From NCBI GenBank assembly GCA_013138965.1, contig WTBT01000034.1, positions 31,325-95,324 of the forward strand: 64,000 nucleotides of DNA, given 5' to 3'. This stretch comes from Candidatus Aegiribacteria sp. Its GTDB lineage: Bacteria; Fermentibacterota; Fermentibacteria; Fermentibacterales; JCC-6. The position numbers and the translations under genes were made by a program. Positions 19,496-30,529 of the stretch are shown here, piece after piece; the first letter of the stretch is position 1; the number at the start of each line of letters is the position of its first letter. A model generated the notes under the pieces. It saw only the letters and a list, made by a program, of their open reading frames with translations, made no database searches and was not told where the DNA came from.

Positions 19496-19789
19496 CTAAA
19501 CCTTAGCCTGTTTCTTTTTCCCCGAGGAACCGGATTCCCGGTGTCCACGGAATGTTCTTGTGGGAGCAAACTCCCCGAGCTTGTGACCGACCATATTTTC
19601 CACAACGTATACAGGTACGAATTTGCGTCCGTTGTAAACTGCGAATGTATGTCCCACGAATTCAGGAGGGATGGTGGATCTTCTGGACCAGGTTCGTATT
19701 ATCCTCTTTTCACCAGAAGCTTCCATCTTGATGACTTTTTCAGCCAGCTTCTCTTGGATATAGGGACCCTTCTTCAATGAACGGGCCAT
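19496..19789 (-). CDS. rpsS: 30S ribosomal protein S19
   Basis: RSLKKGPY; TWSRRS; [11 protein letters not shown]. Confidence 0.98.
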   Translation of the reverse strand: MARSLKKGPYIQEKLAEKVIKMEASGEKRIIRTWSRRSTIPPEFVGHTFAVYNGRKFVPVYVVENMVGHKLGEFAPTRTFRGHRESGSSGKKKQAKV

Positions 19790-19792
19790 AGC

Positions 19793-20632
<840 letters not shown>

Positions 20633-20636
20633 CTAC

Positions 20637-20927
20637 TTACACCCCCTCAAAGAAATCGACCGTATCACCTTCACGGAGGGTAACAATGGCTTTCTTCCAT
20701 GATGGTTTGCGACCGAGATTCCGACCCAGCCGTTTCTTCTTTCCCTGCATTCTCATAGTCCTGACATCAGTAACGCGCACATCGAACAGTTCCTCTACCG
20801 CAGCAGCAATCTGTCTTTTCGTTGCGCCGGGAATAACGCGGAATACATAGTGATTTGATTCCTCTCTCAGAACTGTGCTTTTCTCGGTGACAAGCGGCTT
20901 GATGATTATCTGCATTGCGTCTTTCAT
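20637..20927 (-). CDS. rplW: 50S ribosomal protein L23
   Basis: PLVTEKS; WKKAIVTL. Confidence 0.97.
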   Translation of the reverse strand: MKDAMQIIIKPLVTEKSTVLREESNHYVFRVIPGATKRQIAAAVEELFDVRVTDVRTMRMQGKKKRLGRNLGRKPSWKKAIVTLREGDTVDFFEGV

Positions 20928-21547
20928 ATCAGTCTCTCCTTAAGCAGTTCAATCGCCTCTTCCGAAAGGAGTACTACTTCAGAATTGACCAGATCGTGAA
21001 TGGAAACGCTTGAAGCGCTCGTTGCTTTCAGCCGGGGAATATTACGGGAAGCCCTTTTAATAAGACTATCACCGTTTGTGACAAGAATCACCGTTCTTCT
21101 GTCTTCGCAGTTGTGATTTGAAAGCAGTTCAGTAATTTCCCGGGTTTTGCCGCTGGATTTGAGATCCCTTACTATTCTCAGGTTTCCTTCCGCAAGTCTT
21201 TCACTGAGAATACCGGCAAGAGCCTTCCTTCTTACTTTCCGATTCAGCTTGATATTCCATTTCCTCGGGGTGGGTCCGAATGTGACTCCGCCGCCCCTCC
21301 AGATTGGTGATGCAGAAGTACCAGCCCTTGCGTTGCCGGTGCCTTTCTGGCGCCATGGCCGTCTGCCGGATGCTTTCACATCACTTCTTCCAAGCGTGGA
21401 TACGGTTCCCTGACGGGAATTCAGTGATTCGGCTCTTACGGTCTCCCAGAGAATGTGGGTGGAGACGTTCATAGCGAACATCTCCTCAGGGAGATCAGTT
21501 TTGCCGACCTCTTCGCCGCTCATGGTATAAACTCTTACATCAGCCAT
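20924..21547 (-). CDS. rplD: 50S ribosomal protein L4
   Basis: PWRQKGTGNARAG; WRGGGVTFGP. Confidence 0.97.
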   Translation of the reverse strand: MADVRVYTMSGEEVGKTDLPEEMFAMNVSTHILWETVRAESLNSRQGTVSTLGRSDVKASGRRPWRQKGTGNARAGTSASPIWRGGGVTFGPTPRKWNIKLNRKVRRKALAGILSERLAEGNLRIVRDLKSSGKTREITELLSNHNCEDRRTVILVTNGDSLIKRASRNIPRLKATSASSVSIHDLVNSEVVLLSEEAIELLKERLI

Positions 21548-21549
21548 GG

Positions 21550-22182
21550 TTATCCTTCACCCCCCGACTTCTGTTTCCTGATCAGAAGGTAGCCGTTCTT
21601 CGCTCCTGGAACCGCACCTTTGAGAACCAGAAGGTTCTTCTCGGAATCGATCTGTACGACTTCGAGATTGCGGACAGTCACTTTCTTTCCGCCGTCCCTC
21701 CCGGGCATTTTCTTGTTTTTCCATACCCTTCCCGGGGTCGCGCACTGACCTATTGAACCGGGAACTCTGTGAGATTTGTTTCCGTGAGTAGCATCGCCTC
21801 CGGAAAACCCGTGACGCTTAACAACGCCCTGGAAGCCCTTTCCCTTGGAAAGACCGGTAACGTCAACCTTCTCGCCGGGATTGAACATTGAGACATCAAG
21901 AAATTCTCCTGCAGAGGTAGCTTCCTTAGGCATAGGAACCTCACAAAATCTTGATACCGGTGGAGCCCCGCTCTTATCCAGATGACCGAGTGTGGGTTTA
22001 TTCAGGCGTTGCTTCTTCTGAGTTCTGTAGCCAATCTGCAGGGCTTCGTACCCGTCGGTCTCCACGGTTTTCACCTGTGTAACCGGATTCGGCTGCGCTT
22101 CAAGCACAGTTACCGGGACAGCTTGTCCGTTCTCCTTGAAGATACGGGTCATCCCTATCTTACGAGCCATTATTCCGCTCAT
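21550..22182 (-). CDS. rplC: 50S ribosomal protein L3
   Basis: KIGMT; KGKGFQGVVKRH; HRVPGSIG. Confidence 0.98.
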   Translation of the reverse strand: MSGIMARKIGMTRIFKENGQAVPVTVLEAQPNPVTQVKTVETDGYEALQIGYRTQKKQRLNKPTLGHLDKSGAPPVSRFCEVPMPKEATSAGEFLDVSMFNPGEKVDVTGLSKGKGFQGVVKRHGFSGGDATHGNKSHRVPGSIGQCATPGRVWKNKKMPGRDGGKKVTVRNLEVVQIDSEKNLLVLKGAVPGAKNGYLLIRKQKSGGEG

Positions 22183-22327
22183 AGATCACTTCCCATCGCT
22201 GAAGTCCCTTTGGAGGCGGAGGGACGAGCGTTATTTACTTCGCTCACCGGACAACCGCCATTGTCCGGCAATGCGGTGTTTCTCTTAATCCGGCATTGCC
22301 GGATCAGTTAGAAGAAAAACAGTGAAT
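22183..22327 (-). promoter_or_regulatory. Structured 145-nt rpsJ-rplC intergenic RNA (candidate cis-regulatory leader)
   Basis: Several perfect hairpins, some mutually exclusive (see findings). Confidence 0.5.
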
Positions 22328-22636
22328 CTAGATTTCGTTCATTTCCACATCTACTCCTGCAGGCACATCCTGTGACCTGAGAGCGGCTGCGGTTTCTTCA
22401 TTCGGGTCCTGAATATCAATCAATCGTGAATGTATTTTCATCTCGAACTGCTCCCGCGATTTCTTGTTCACATGAGGACTTCTCAATACCGTAATGATCG
22501 TTCTCTTCGTTGGGAGAAGAATCGGCCCTGAAACACTGGCTCCAGTTTTCAAAACGCTTCTGACAATAGCGGAAGCGGAACGATCTAGAAGCCTGTGATC
22601 GTAAGCTCTGAGCTTTATCCTCAACCTGTTAGCCAT
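22328..22636 (-). CDS. rpsJ: 30S ribosomal protein S10
   Basis: [13 protein letters not shown]; [13 protein letters not shown]. Confidence 0.98.
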   Translation of the reverse strand: MANRLRIKLRAYDHRLLDRSASAIVRSVLKTGASVSGPILLPTKRTIITVLRSPHVNKKSREQFEMKIHSRLIDIQDPNEETAAALRSQDVPAGVDVEMNEI

Positions 22637-22671
22637 CAATAATATCTCCTGTCTCGATTTATCACCGGTTT

Positions 22672-24744
22672 CTAGCTGAATCCGGTAATCCCCATTTGCT
22701 CCAGTAAACCCCGCGTGATATTCTCAGCAATTCGGGCATAATCAAGAAACTGCATAGAAAACCCCGCACGACCCTGAGTTAAAGAACGTAAGGCGCTACT
22801 ATAACCAAAAAGTTCCGCAAGGGGAACCCTTGCCTTTATTGACTGGACCTCACCCATGGGTTCCATACTCAGAACATTGCCCCTGCGGGCGTTGACATCC
22901 CCTATGACCTCTCCAACGTAATCGGAGGGGCAGATAATGTCCAGACGCATGACGGGTTCCTTCAGAACAGGTTTGCCATTTTTCAGACATTCCCTTAAAG
23001 CCATGGCACCCGCATAGGCGTATCCTGTTTCCGAAGAGTCCGTTTCGTGGAGTTCGGCTTCGAGAAGTTCAATTCTGATTCCATCTACCGGGTAGCCGGC
23101 CAGGGGACCTGCTCCCACTGCACCCATGACCCCTCTTTCTATAGCTTCCGCGAAATGATCCGGGAAATCCTTGTCTTTCAGTAAGTTAACAAACCCGATT
23201 CCCGAATCGACCGGTTCTACCCTTATGACAGCATTCCCAAAGTGGCCTCTGCCCTGAATGGACTTTCTGAATTCACCTCTACCCTCTGTTATGCGGGAAA
23301 TGCTCTCTCTGTAGGATACCTGTGGCTTACCGGTTCTTACTTTCACCCCTTTCTCCCGCTGAATCCTGCTGGCAATTATCTCAAGGTGCAGTTCTCCCAT
23401 TCCCATGATAAGGGTCTGTCCTGATTCCTCATCGATTCCGACTCTGAAACTGGGATCTTCGCTGGCCAGGGATGCAAGGGCGTCGTCCAGCGTTTTTTCA
23501 TCGGAAGTACTCATGGGTTCAATTGCCATCTGTATTACCGGTTCGGGAAATTCTATTGACTCAAGGATCAGGGGCGTGTCGGGGAATGTAAGCGTGTCAC
23601 CCGTTACCACATCCTTAAGTCCGGCGGCGGCAATATCCCCCGCCATTACGCTGTCCAGATGGGTCCGCTTGTTGGCGTGCATTCTTACAAGTCTGGTGAG
23701 TCTGTCTTTGTTTTCGGTCCTGTTGTTCAATACATGCTGGCCGTCTGAAATCCTGCCCGAATAGACCCTCATGAAAGCCAGTCTCCCCAGGTGAGGGTCG
23801 CACTGTACCTTGAATACCAGCGCTGAGAAAGGCTCATCGACACTGCGTCTTACCTTAACTGATGAACCATCCTTCAGGTGAGCGGATACGGGAGGTAGTT
23901 CCGATGGCGTGGGCAGCCAGTCCACTATAGCGTCCATGAGCTGCTGTATTCCGATATTTTTCAGCGCCGCTCCGCATAGTACGGGAACAATATCACCTTC
24001 TACCGTTCCTTTGCGAATGAGCTGTCTGACTCTTTCCGGTGAAAGCCTGCCGTTGAAGTATTCCTCCATGGCGGATTCATCCAGCATTGCCGCAGATTCC
24101 CACAGGATATCTCTCGCGGCATTATAATCATCTCTGTTTTCCTCAGGAATATCTTCAAGTGTGAATTCAGAGCCGTTGGACATTTCGTCGAAGTATACGG
24201 CATGCCCGCCGATCACATCGATTATTCCTGAGAAGCTGCTTCCGCTTCCGATGGGCAGTATGACAGACAGAGGTTTGGCCCCCAGCATATCGCGCATCAT
24301 TTCCAGCACTCGCGGATAATCCGCTCCCTGGCGGTCCATCTTATTCACGAAGGCTATTCTGGGAACATTGTACTTGTCGGCCTGGTGCCAGACTGTCTCG
24401 GATTGCGGTTCGACTCCGCCTACGGCGCAGAATACCGCGACAGCTCCGTCAAGAACCCTCAGGCTTCTTTCCACCTCAGCGGTGAAATCAACATGACCCG
24501 GCGTGTCAATAATGTTAATCTGATGCGATTTCCATGTACAGGTAGTAGCGGCTGACTGGATGGTTATGCCCCTTTCTTTCTCCTGGGGCATCCAGTCCAT
24601 AGCGGCTGTACCGTGATCAACATCACCAAGACGGTGTACCCTTCCGGAATAGTAGAGAATCCGCTCGGTTGTGGTAGTCTTCCCGGCATCGATGTGGGCC
24701 ATAATGCCGATATTCCGTACATTGTCTGTTTGGGCGCTGCTCAT
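22672..24744 (-). CDS. fusA: Elongation factor G (divergent domain IV)
   Basis: [23 protein letters not shown]; str operon position. Confidence 0.95.
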   Translation of the reverse strand: MSSAQTDNVRNIGIMAHIDAGKTTTTERILYYSGRVHRLGDVDHGTAAMDWMPQEKERGITIQSAATTCTWKSHQINIIDTPGHVDFTAEVERSLRVLDGAVAVFCAVGGVEPQSETVWHQADKYNVPRIAFVNKMDRQGADYPRVLEMMRDMLGAKPLSVILPIGSGSSFSGIIDVIGGHAVYFDEMSNGSEFTLEDIPEENRDDYNAARDILWESAAMLDESAMEEYFNGRLSPERVRQLIRKGTVEGDIVPVLCGAALKNIGIQQLMDAIVDWLPTPSELPPVSAHLKDGSSVKVRRSVDEPFSALVFKVQCDPHLGRLAFMRVYSGRISDGQHVLNNRTENKDRLTRLVRMHANKRTHLDSVMAGDIAAAGLKDVVTGDTLTFPDTPLILESIEFPEPVIQMAIEPMSTSDEKTLDDALASLASEDPSFRVGIDEESGQTLIMGMGELHLEIIASRIQREKGVKVRTGKPQVSYRESISRITEGRGEFRKSIQGRGHFGNAVIRVEPVDSGIGFVNLLKDKDFPDHFAEAIERGVMGAVGAGPLAGYPVDGIRIELLEAELHETDSSETGYAYAGAMALRECLKNGKPVLKEPVMRLDIICPSDYVGEVIGDVNARRGNVLSMEPMGEVQSIKARVPLAELFGYSSALRSLTQGRAGFSMQFLDYARIAENITRGLLEQMGITGFS

Positions 24745-24815
24745 GGTAAGCGATTTCCTCCAGTTATACGATCAAGTAATATCGGACGCTGGAGGAAACC
24801 GGAAAAGCAGTTAAC

Positions 24816-25289
24816 CTACCAGCGATAATGGGCGAAGGCCTTGTTAGCTTCCGCCATTCTATGCGTATCTTCCTTTTTCTTAAGGCTTCCGGAGTTTTCA
24901 CCTCTTGCCGCATCCATAATCTCCGCTGCCAGTCTATCAGGCATACTCCTGCCGCTACGGGTTTTAGCGTACTGGATAATCCAGCGCATTGCAAGAGAAT
25001 CCCTTTCCTGGGGCTTAACTTCCAATGGGACCTGGTATGTGGATCCGCCCACGCGCCTTGATTTCACCTTGAGCTGAGGACGTACATTTCCCATTGCCCT
25101 GTTGAATACAGTAACAGGATCCTGTCCGGTTTTCTCGGTAATAATATCCATTGCATCGTAAAATATTTTTTCGGCAATAGATTTCTTACCTTTATGCATG
25201 AGTTTATTTATAAATTTTGCCATAAGCTGATTGCCGTACTTCCTGTCCGGTACGACTTCACGCTTTTTGGGCCTTGAACGTCTAGCCAT
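24816..25289 (-). CDS. rpsG: 30S ribosomal protein S7
   Basis: [12 protein letters not shown]; [15 protein letters not shown]. Confidence 0.98.
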   Translation of the reverse strand: MARRSRPKKREVVPDRKYGNQLMAKFINKLMHKGKKSIAEKIFYDAMDIITEKTGQDPVTVFNRAMGNVRPQLKVKSRRVGGSTYQVPLEVKPQERDSLAMRWIIQYAKTRSGRSMPDRLAAEIMDAARGENSGSLKKKEDTHRMAEANKAFAHYRW

Positions 25290-25330
25290 TCGTCCTCCCC
25301 GCCTGCACTTAAGGTGCAGAACGCATTGTT

Positions 25331-25699
25331 CTATACTTTTCTTGTACCGTACTTCGAGCGACTCTGTTTTCTTCCTTCGACACCGGAAGTATCTTCAACT
25401 CCACGGATAATATGATACCTAACGCCGGGCAAATCCTTTACTCGGCCGCCTCTAATGAACACAATCGAATGTTCGTTGAGGTTGTGATCTATCCCCGGTA
25501 TGTAAGCAGTTACTTCAAAACCGTTTCTTAAGCGTACTCTCGCTACTTTACGCAGAGCAGAGTTGGGTTTCTTAGGCGTTGAAGTATAAACCCTTGTGCA
25601 GATGCCCCTTTTCTGCGGACATCCGGTAAGGGCAGGTGCTTTGGTTTTCGATTTCTTCTTCTTGCGCCCGTTACGCACAAGCTGATTAATTGTTGGCAA
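25331..25699 (-). CDS. rpsL: 30S ribosomal protein S12
   Basis: PTINQLVR; [10 protein letters not shown]; GGRVKDLPG; TTG start after GAGGAG. Confidence 0.98.
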   Translation of the reverse strand: MPTINQLVRNGRKKKKSKTKAPALTGCPQKRGICTRVYTSTPKKPNSALRKVARVRLRNGFEVTAYIPGIDHNLNEHSIVFIRGGRVKDLPGVRYHIIRGVEDTSGVEGRKQSRSKYGTRKV

Positions 25700-25754
25700 A
25701 TCATCTCCTCTCAAAGGTCAATTTGACACACTTAAGACTGCAAGGGATCTAAGT

Positions 25755-28700
25755 CTATACATCAAAATCGGTTTCGTCAATATCAAGCTCTTCCATATTG
25801 TCCGGGAATGCCGGTTCAGGCAACTCTTCCCCGTCCGGTAATGTGAGCCTGACATCCTGGTATTTCTTCACGCCTGTCCCCACCGGGATCAGATGCCCGA
25901 CAATCACATTTTCCTTGAGGCCGTGAAGGTAATCCACCTTCCCCGCAGTTGCGGCGTCGGCAAGCACACTGTTCGTTTCCTGGAAGGATGCCGCCGAGAG
26001 GAAACTCTCAGTGGCAAGGGAAGCCTTGGTTATTCCCAGAAGAAGAACCGCGGAAGTCGCCGGCTTCTTGCCTTCCATCATCATAGCCTTGTTTTCTCTC
26101 TGGAGGATAAGCCTGTCTATCTGGGCGCCTTCCAGGAACTGAGTCTCCCCGGGATCATCGATCTTGCCCCTGGAAAGCATCTGACGCACAACGATACTTA
26201 TATGCTTGTCGTTGATATTAACGCCCTGCAGGCGGTAAACCTCCTGTATCTCGTTGAGAAGGTACTTCTCCGCGGCCTCCGTACCCATTATCCTGAGAAT
26301 ATCGTGCGGAGACAATGGCCCTTCGGTAAGACGGTCTCCCGCTTTTACCCTGTCCCCCTCGCGCACTCTGATATGCTTGGATGCCTGAATTTTAACAGCG
26401 GATTCCTGGCCATGATCACCCCTGATCGTAACCGTTCTTATGCCCGCCTTGATAGAACTCAAAGCCACGACACCATCGATTTCGGCAATACTCGCCGCAT
26501 CCTTCGGTATTCGGGCTTCGAACAACTCATCCACCCTTGGCAGCCCTCCGGTTATGTCCCTGTGCTGTCCAAGCTTACGCTCGATCCTGGCAATATGGAC
26601 TCCGAGTCTGATAAGGCTTCCATCGTTCACTCTGAGATGTGCCCCGCTGGGTATGGGATACTTACCCTTGATAGAATCAGAAATAAACTCCTCAACAGGG
26701 TCACTGGCTATCTTCTTTCTGCCAGGCTGAGCGATATGACTCCTGACGCCCCTTGTGGTGAAGTCGGAAATGATCATCATTGCGCTTTCAGTCACAATGT
26801 CCTGAATGCACTTCACAAGGTTTCCGGTCCCCTGATGCCCTCTGTCCAGAGATTCGATAACTATTATGAAAGAGCCCTTCCTGCTCAGTTCGGCCAGAGA
26901 GCTGGCGAACTGCTCCTCGAGTTTGCCATTCTTACGTTTCCTGGAATCCTCGAGGGCTACGATGGCACTTTCAAGTGCTGCAACTTCTTTTTCCGCCTTT
27001 TTACCGAAGGTCTTCATCACTTCTCTTGCGGCGTTCACCAGAGCGGCATAGCTTCCGGTTCCCGCCTTCCTGCAGTTTATGGAGACTACAGGGATATCCT
27101 GATCCTTCATCCTCTCGATGAAGTCTTCTGCAAGCGTCTCTGTCCGGTAGGTACTGACCTCCTGGTACGTATAGATAATGCGTCCGTGTCCCTCCAGCAT
27201 CTCCTTTTCCAGCTCACCGATGGTATAAAGTTCCTCTTCCCTTCTCCTGGGGCGTCCGCTCAGGACAACCATCTGCTCGGGCAGTATGAAGATGTGGGGA
27301 TGGAGAGTTTTACTTCTGTCCTCGACAATGACCATCTGCTTGCGCTGCTCGCTGTCGATCTCTTCCTTCAGAGTAGTGTCTTCCTCGATATCGACATAGT
27401 GTACACTACCTTCCTGTTCCGCGATTATCGGGATTATGAAGGGATCACTCCTGCAGATTACATCATTCCTCTCGATCTTCTGACCATCTTCAACAGATAT
27501 CTGGGATCCAACCACAATGTCGTATGTGGAAAGCACTTCCCCCGAGCCATCAAGAATGTCCAGCTGTGTGTTTCTGGTGCTCACCATTATCTGATTATCT
27601 TTCTCATCGGTACTGCTCACGATACAGGGATTACGGTAACATACGAAACCGGAGTGTCTTGCGGTGACCTCCGATTCCCTTGTCTGCCTGCCCGCGACTC
27701 CGCCTGTATGGAATGTACGAAGAGTCAGCTGCGTTCCGGGTTCACCGATACTCTGAGCTGCAATGACGCCGGAAGCTTCTCCAATAGTGACCATTCTGTT
27801 CCTGGACAGGTCCCATCCGTAGCATTTGGCGCAGAGGCCTCTTTTTGCCTCGCATGCAAGAACACTCCTGATCCGTACGGATTCAACTCCAATTATCTCA
27901 ATCTCTGAAGCAAGCTCCGCCGTTATCTCCTGGCCCGATTCACATACGACATCATCGGTTCCAGGTTTGTAAATCGTCTCCGCCGCAACCCGGCCCAGGA
28001 TACGGTCACGGAGGGGTTCAATGACCTCCTCACCCTCTTTGAGAGCAGTAATAACCCTTCCCCTTATCGTCCCGCAGTCTTCCATGGTGATTATGACATC
28101 CTGGCAGACATCAACAAGCCTTCTGGTAAGATAACCTGCATCGGCCGTCTTGAGAGCAGTATCAGCAAGACCTTTCCTTGACCCATGGGTTGAGATGGAA
28201 TACTCAATGACCGAAAGGCCTTCCTTCAATGAGGAGATGATCGGGGTCTCAATTGTTTCCCCAAGCTCTCCGGTAAGCTTCTTCCTGGGTTTAGCCATCA
28301 GTCCGCGCATACCGGCAAGCTGTTTCATCTGATCAACACTGCCTCTTGCGCCGGAATTGGCCATCATAAAGATAGGGTTGAAACCGTGGTTATCATGACT
28401 CAGCTCTTCCATCATGGCGTTCTTGACTTCTTCAGTAGCTTTTGCCCAGTTATCTATCACTCTGTTGTACCGCTCGGCTTCCGTAAGTTCTCCACGTTTC
28501 GAACTCATCTCGATGAGTTCTATCTCATGGGCGGTTCTGGCTATGATCTCCGTTTTGCCGGCGGGGATGAGCATATCTCTCATTCCCACTGTCAGCCCGG
28601 ATACTGTTGAATAGTGGAATCCGAGTTCCTTGAGGTTGTCAAGCATAACTGCTGTCCGAACTGATCCCAGCTCGTTGAAGCATCTGCCCACTAACTGGTT

Positions 28701-30527
28701 GAGCCCCTTCTTGCTGAAGACCTTTTCATGGGGGACCCTCGCGTTGGCCAGGATAAAACCAAGTTCGTCAGGGATTATCTCGTTGAAGAGAGCCTGTCCG
28801 ACTGTTGTGTAGTCCTTCCAGAATGGAGGGGTGATACGTTCCTTCTTGCCGTTCTCCTCAATAAGTCTGTTGATTCCCTTGATCTTGATCTTCGCATGAA
28901 GATCAATCCTATCGGCGTCATAAGCGCCCCGTACCTCGTCCGTTGAAGAGAAGATCATGCCCTCTCCCCTTGCTCCGGGAAGGGGTTTCGTTAAATAATA
29001 CACGCCTATGACCAGATCATGGCTCGGTGTGGTAACAGGTTCACCGCTGGCGGGTCTCAGGATATTCTTGCTGCCCATCATGAGCATGCGAGCCTCAACC
29101 TGAGCCTCGGCCGAGAGAGGAACGTGCACTGCCATCTGGTCACCGTCAAAATCAGCATTGAACGCTGTGCAGGCCAGAGGATGCAGTTGGATCGCTTTTC
29201 CCTCAACAAGAACAGGCTCGAAAGCCTGAATTCCAAGGCGATGAAGAGTGGGAGCCCTGTTCAGAAGAACAGGATGATTCTCTATAATCTCTTCGAGAAC
29301 CGGCCATACTATTTCATCAGCATCTTCCCATCTCTTGGTGGCCTTTTTAACGCTTTCATCCAGAAGCTCGCTGATTCTGGCGACTATAAAGGGCTTGAAA
29401 AGCTCAAGTGCCATGGTTTTGGGGAGACCGCACTGATTCATCTTCAGGTCCGGGCCTACAACGATCACGCTTCTTCCGGAATAATCCACCCTTTTTCCCA
29501 GAAGGTTCTGGCGGAACCTTCCACGTTTACCCTTGAGAAGATCCGAGAGGGATCGAAGGGGCCTCATTCCGGCTCCTTTAACAGGTTTACGTCTTGAACT
29601 GTTATCAAGAACCGCGTCTACAGCTTCCTGCAGCATCCTCTTCTCATTTCTCAGAATGACGTCAGGGGCCTGAAGGTCCAGAAGCCGTTTCAGCCTGTTG
29701 TTCCTGTTGATAACCCTCCGATAGAGATCGTTCAGGTCACTGGAGGCGAACCTTCCTCCATCAAGAGGGACCAGAGGTCTGAGATCCGGGGGCAGCACAG
29801 GCATTACCTGAAGGATCATCCACTCCGGTTTGTTGTCATCCGATGATAGCCTGAACGCCTCAACTTCCTTCAACCTCTTTATATTCTTCTTCCTGCGTGA
29901 AAAGGTTGTCTCATTAGCTATGCTGGTTCGCAGGGTGGTCGCCATTTCCTCAAGGTCAAGGTCAGCCAGCATGGTCCGGATGGCATCCGCACCCATACCT
30001 ACCTTAAAGACATCGCCGTATTCCTTTTTAGCTTCCCGATACTCTGCATCGGTCAGAATCATACCGATATCGATGTCCGGATGATCGGATCTGGTAACAA
30101 TATAGGATTCGTAATAGATAACACGCTCCAGCTTAAGGTTCGTGATATTGAGAAGCTTGGAGATCTTTCGGGATTTGAAGAACCAGATATGAACGACAGG
30201 TACCGCAAGGTCTATATGACCCATACGTTCTCTACGGACCCTGGAATGCGTGACCTCAACACCGCATCTATCACATACTATTCCCTTGTTGCGTATTCTT
30301 TTGTACTTTCCGCAGCTGCACTCCCAGTCCCGAACGGGACCAAATATGCGTTCACAGAAAAGCCCTTCTGCTTCCGGTTTGTAACTTCTATAATTAATGG
30401 TTTCAGCCTGGCTGACCTCTCCATGGGACCATTTCCGTATAGTCTCGGGGGAAGCAAGACTGATTTTCATGCCTCCGAAGTCAGAGAGCAATACCCTGGC
30501 ATCACGACGGGAAATGTTTCCTAACAT
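25755..30527 (-). CDS. rpoC: RNA polymerase beta' subunit with large insertion
   Basis: NADFDGD, Zn-finger motifs, trigger loop [12 protein letters not shown]; 1590 aa. Confidence 0.98.
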   Translation of the reverse strand: MLGNISRRDARVLLSDFGGMKISLASPETIRKWSHGEVSQAETINYRSYKPEAEGLFCERIFGPVRDWECSCGKYKRIRNKGIVCDRCGVEVTHSRVRRERMGHIDLAVPVVHIWFFKSRKISKLLNITNLKLERVIYYESYIVTRSDHPDIDIGMILTDAEYREAKKEYGDVFKVGMGADAIRTMLADLDLEEMATTLRTSIANETTFSRRKKNIKRLKEVEAFRLSSDDNKPEWMILQVMPVLPPDLRPLVPLDGGRFASSDLNDLYRRVINRNNRLKRLLDLQAPDVILRNEKRMLQEAVDAVLDNSSRRKPVKGAGMRPLRSLSDLLKGKRGRFRQNLLGKRVDYSGRSVIVVGPDLKMNQCGLPKTMALELFKPFIVARISELLDESVKKATKRWEDADEIVWPVLEEIIENHPVLLNRAPTLHRLGIQAFEPVLVEGKAIQLHPLACTAFNADFDGDQMAVHVPLSAEAQVEARMLMMGSKNILRPASGEPVTTPSHDLVIGVYYLTKPLPGARGEGMIFSSTDEVRGAYDADRIDLHAKIKIKGINRLIEENGKKERITPPFWKDYTTVGQALFNEIIPDELGFILANARVPHEKVFSKKGLNQLVGRCFNELGSVRTAVMLDNLKELGFHYSTVSGLTVGMRDMLIPAGKTEIIARTAHEIELIEMSSKRGELTEAERYNRVIDNWAKATEEVKNAMMEELSHDNHGFNPIFMMANSGARGSVDQMKQLAGMRGLMAKPRKKLTGELGETIETPIISSLKEGLSVIEYSISTHGSRKGLADTALKTADAGYLTRRLVDVCQDVIITMEDCGTIRGRVITALKEGEEVIEPLRDRILGRVAAETIYKPGTDDVVCESGQEITAELASEIEIIGVESVRIRSVLACEAKRGLCAKCYGWDLSRNRMVTIGEASGVIAAQSIGEPGTQLTLRTFHTGGVAGRQTRESEVTARHSGFVCYRNPCIVSSTDEKDNQIMVSTRNTQLDILDGSGEVLSTYDIVVGSQISVEDGQKIERNDVICRSDPFIIPIIAEQEGSVHYVDIEEDTTLKEEIDSEQRKQMVIVEDRSKTLHPHIFILPEQMVVLSGRPRRREEELYTIGELEKEMLEGHGRIIYTYQEVSTYRTETLAEDFIERMKDQDIPVVSINCRKAGTGSYAALVNAAREVMKTFGKKAEKEVAALESAIVALEDSRKRKNGKLEEQFASSLAELSRKGSFIIVIESLDRGHQGTGNLVKCIQDIVTESAMMIISDFTTRGVRSHIAQPGRKKIASDPVEEFISDSIKGKYPIPSGAHLRVNDGSLIRLGVHIARIERKLGQHRDITGGLPRVDELFEARIPKDAASIAEIDGVVALSSIKAGIRTVTIRGDHGQESAVKIQASKHIRVREGDRVKAGDRLTEGPLSPHDILRIMGTEAAEKYLLNEIQEVYRLQGVNINDKHISIVVRQMLSRGKIDDPGETQFLEGAQIDRLILQRENKAMMMEGKKPATSAVLLLGITKASLATESFLSAASFQETNSVLADAATAGKVDYLHGLKENVIVGHLIPVGTGVKKYQDVRLTLPDGEELPEPAFPDNMEELDIDETDFDV

Positions 30528-30529
30528 CT

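Noticed and set aside
26673-27272. Intein as the explanation for the RpoC insert
   Set aside because: No N-terminal Cys/Ser block, no terminal His-Asn followed by Cys/Ser/Thr, and no LAGLIDADG motifs.
25893-27908. 671-aa ORF on the + strand
   Set aside because: Antisense shadow of rpoC with no recognisable motifs.
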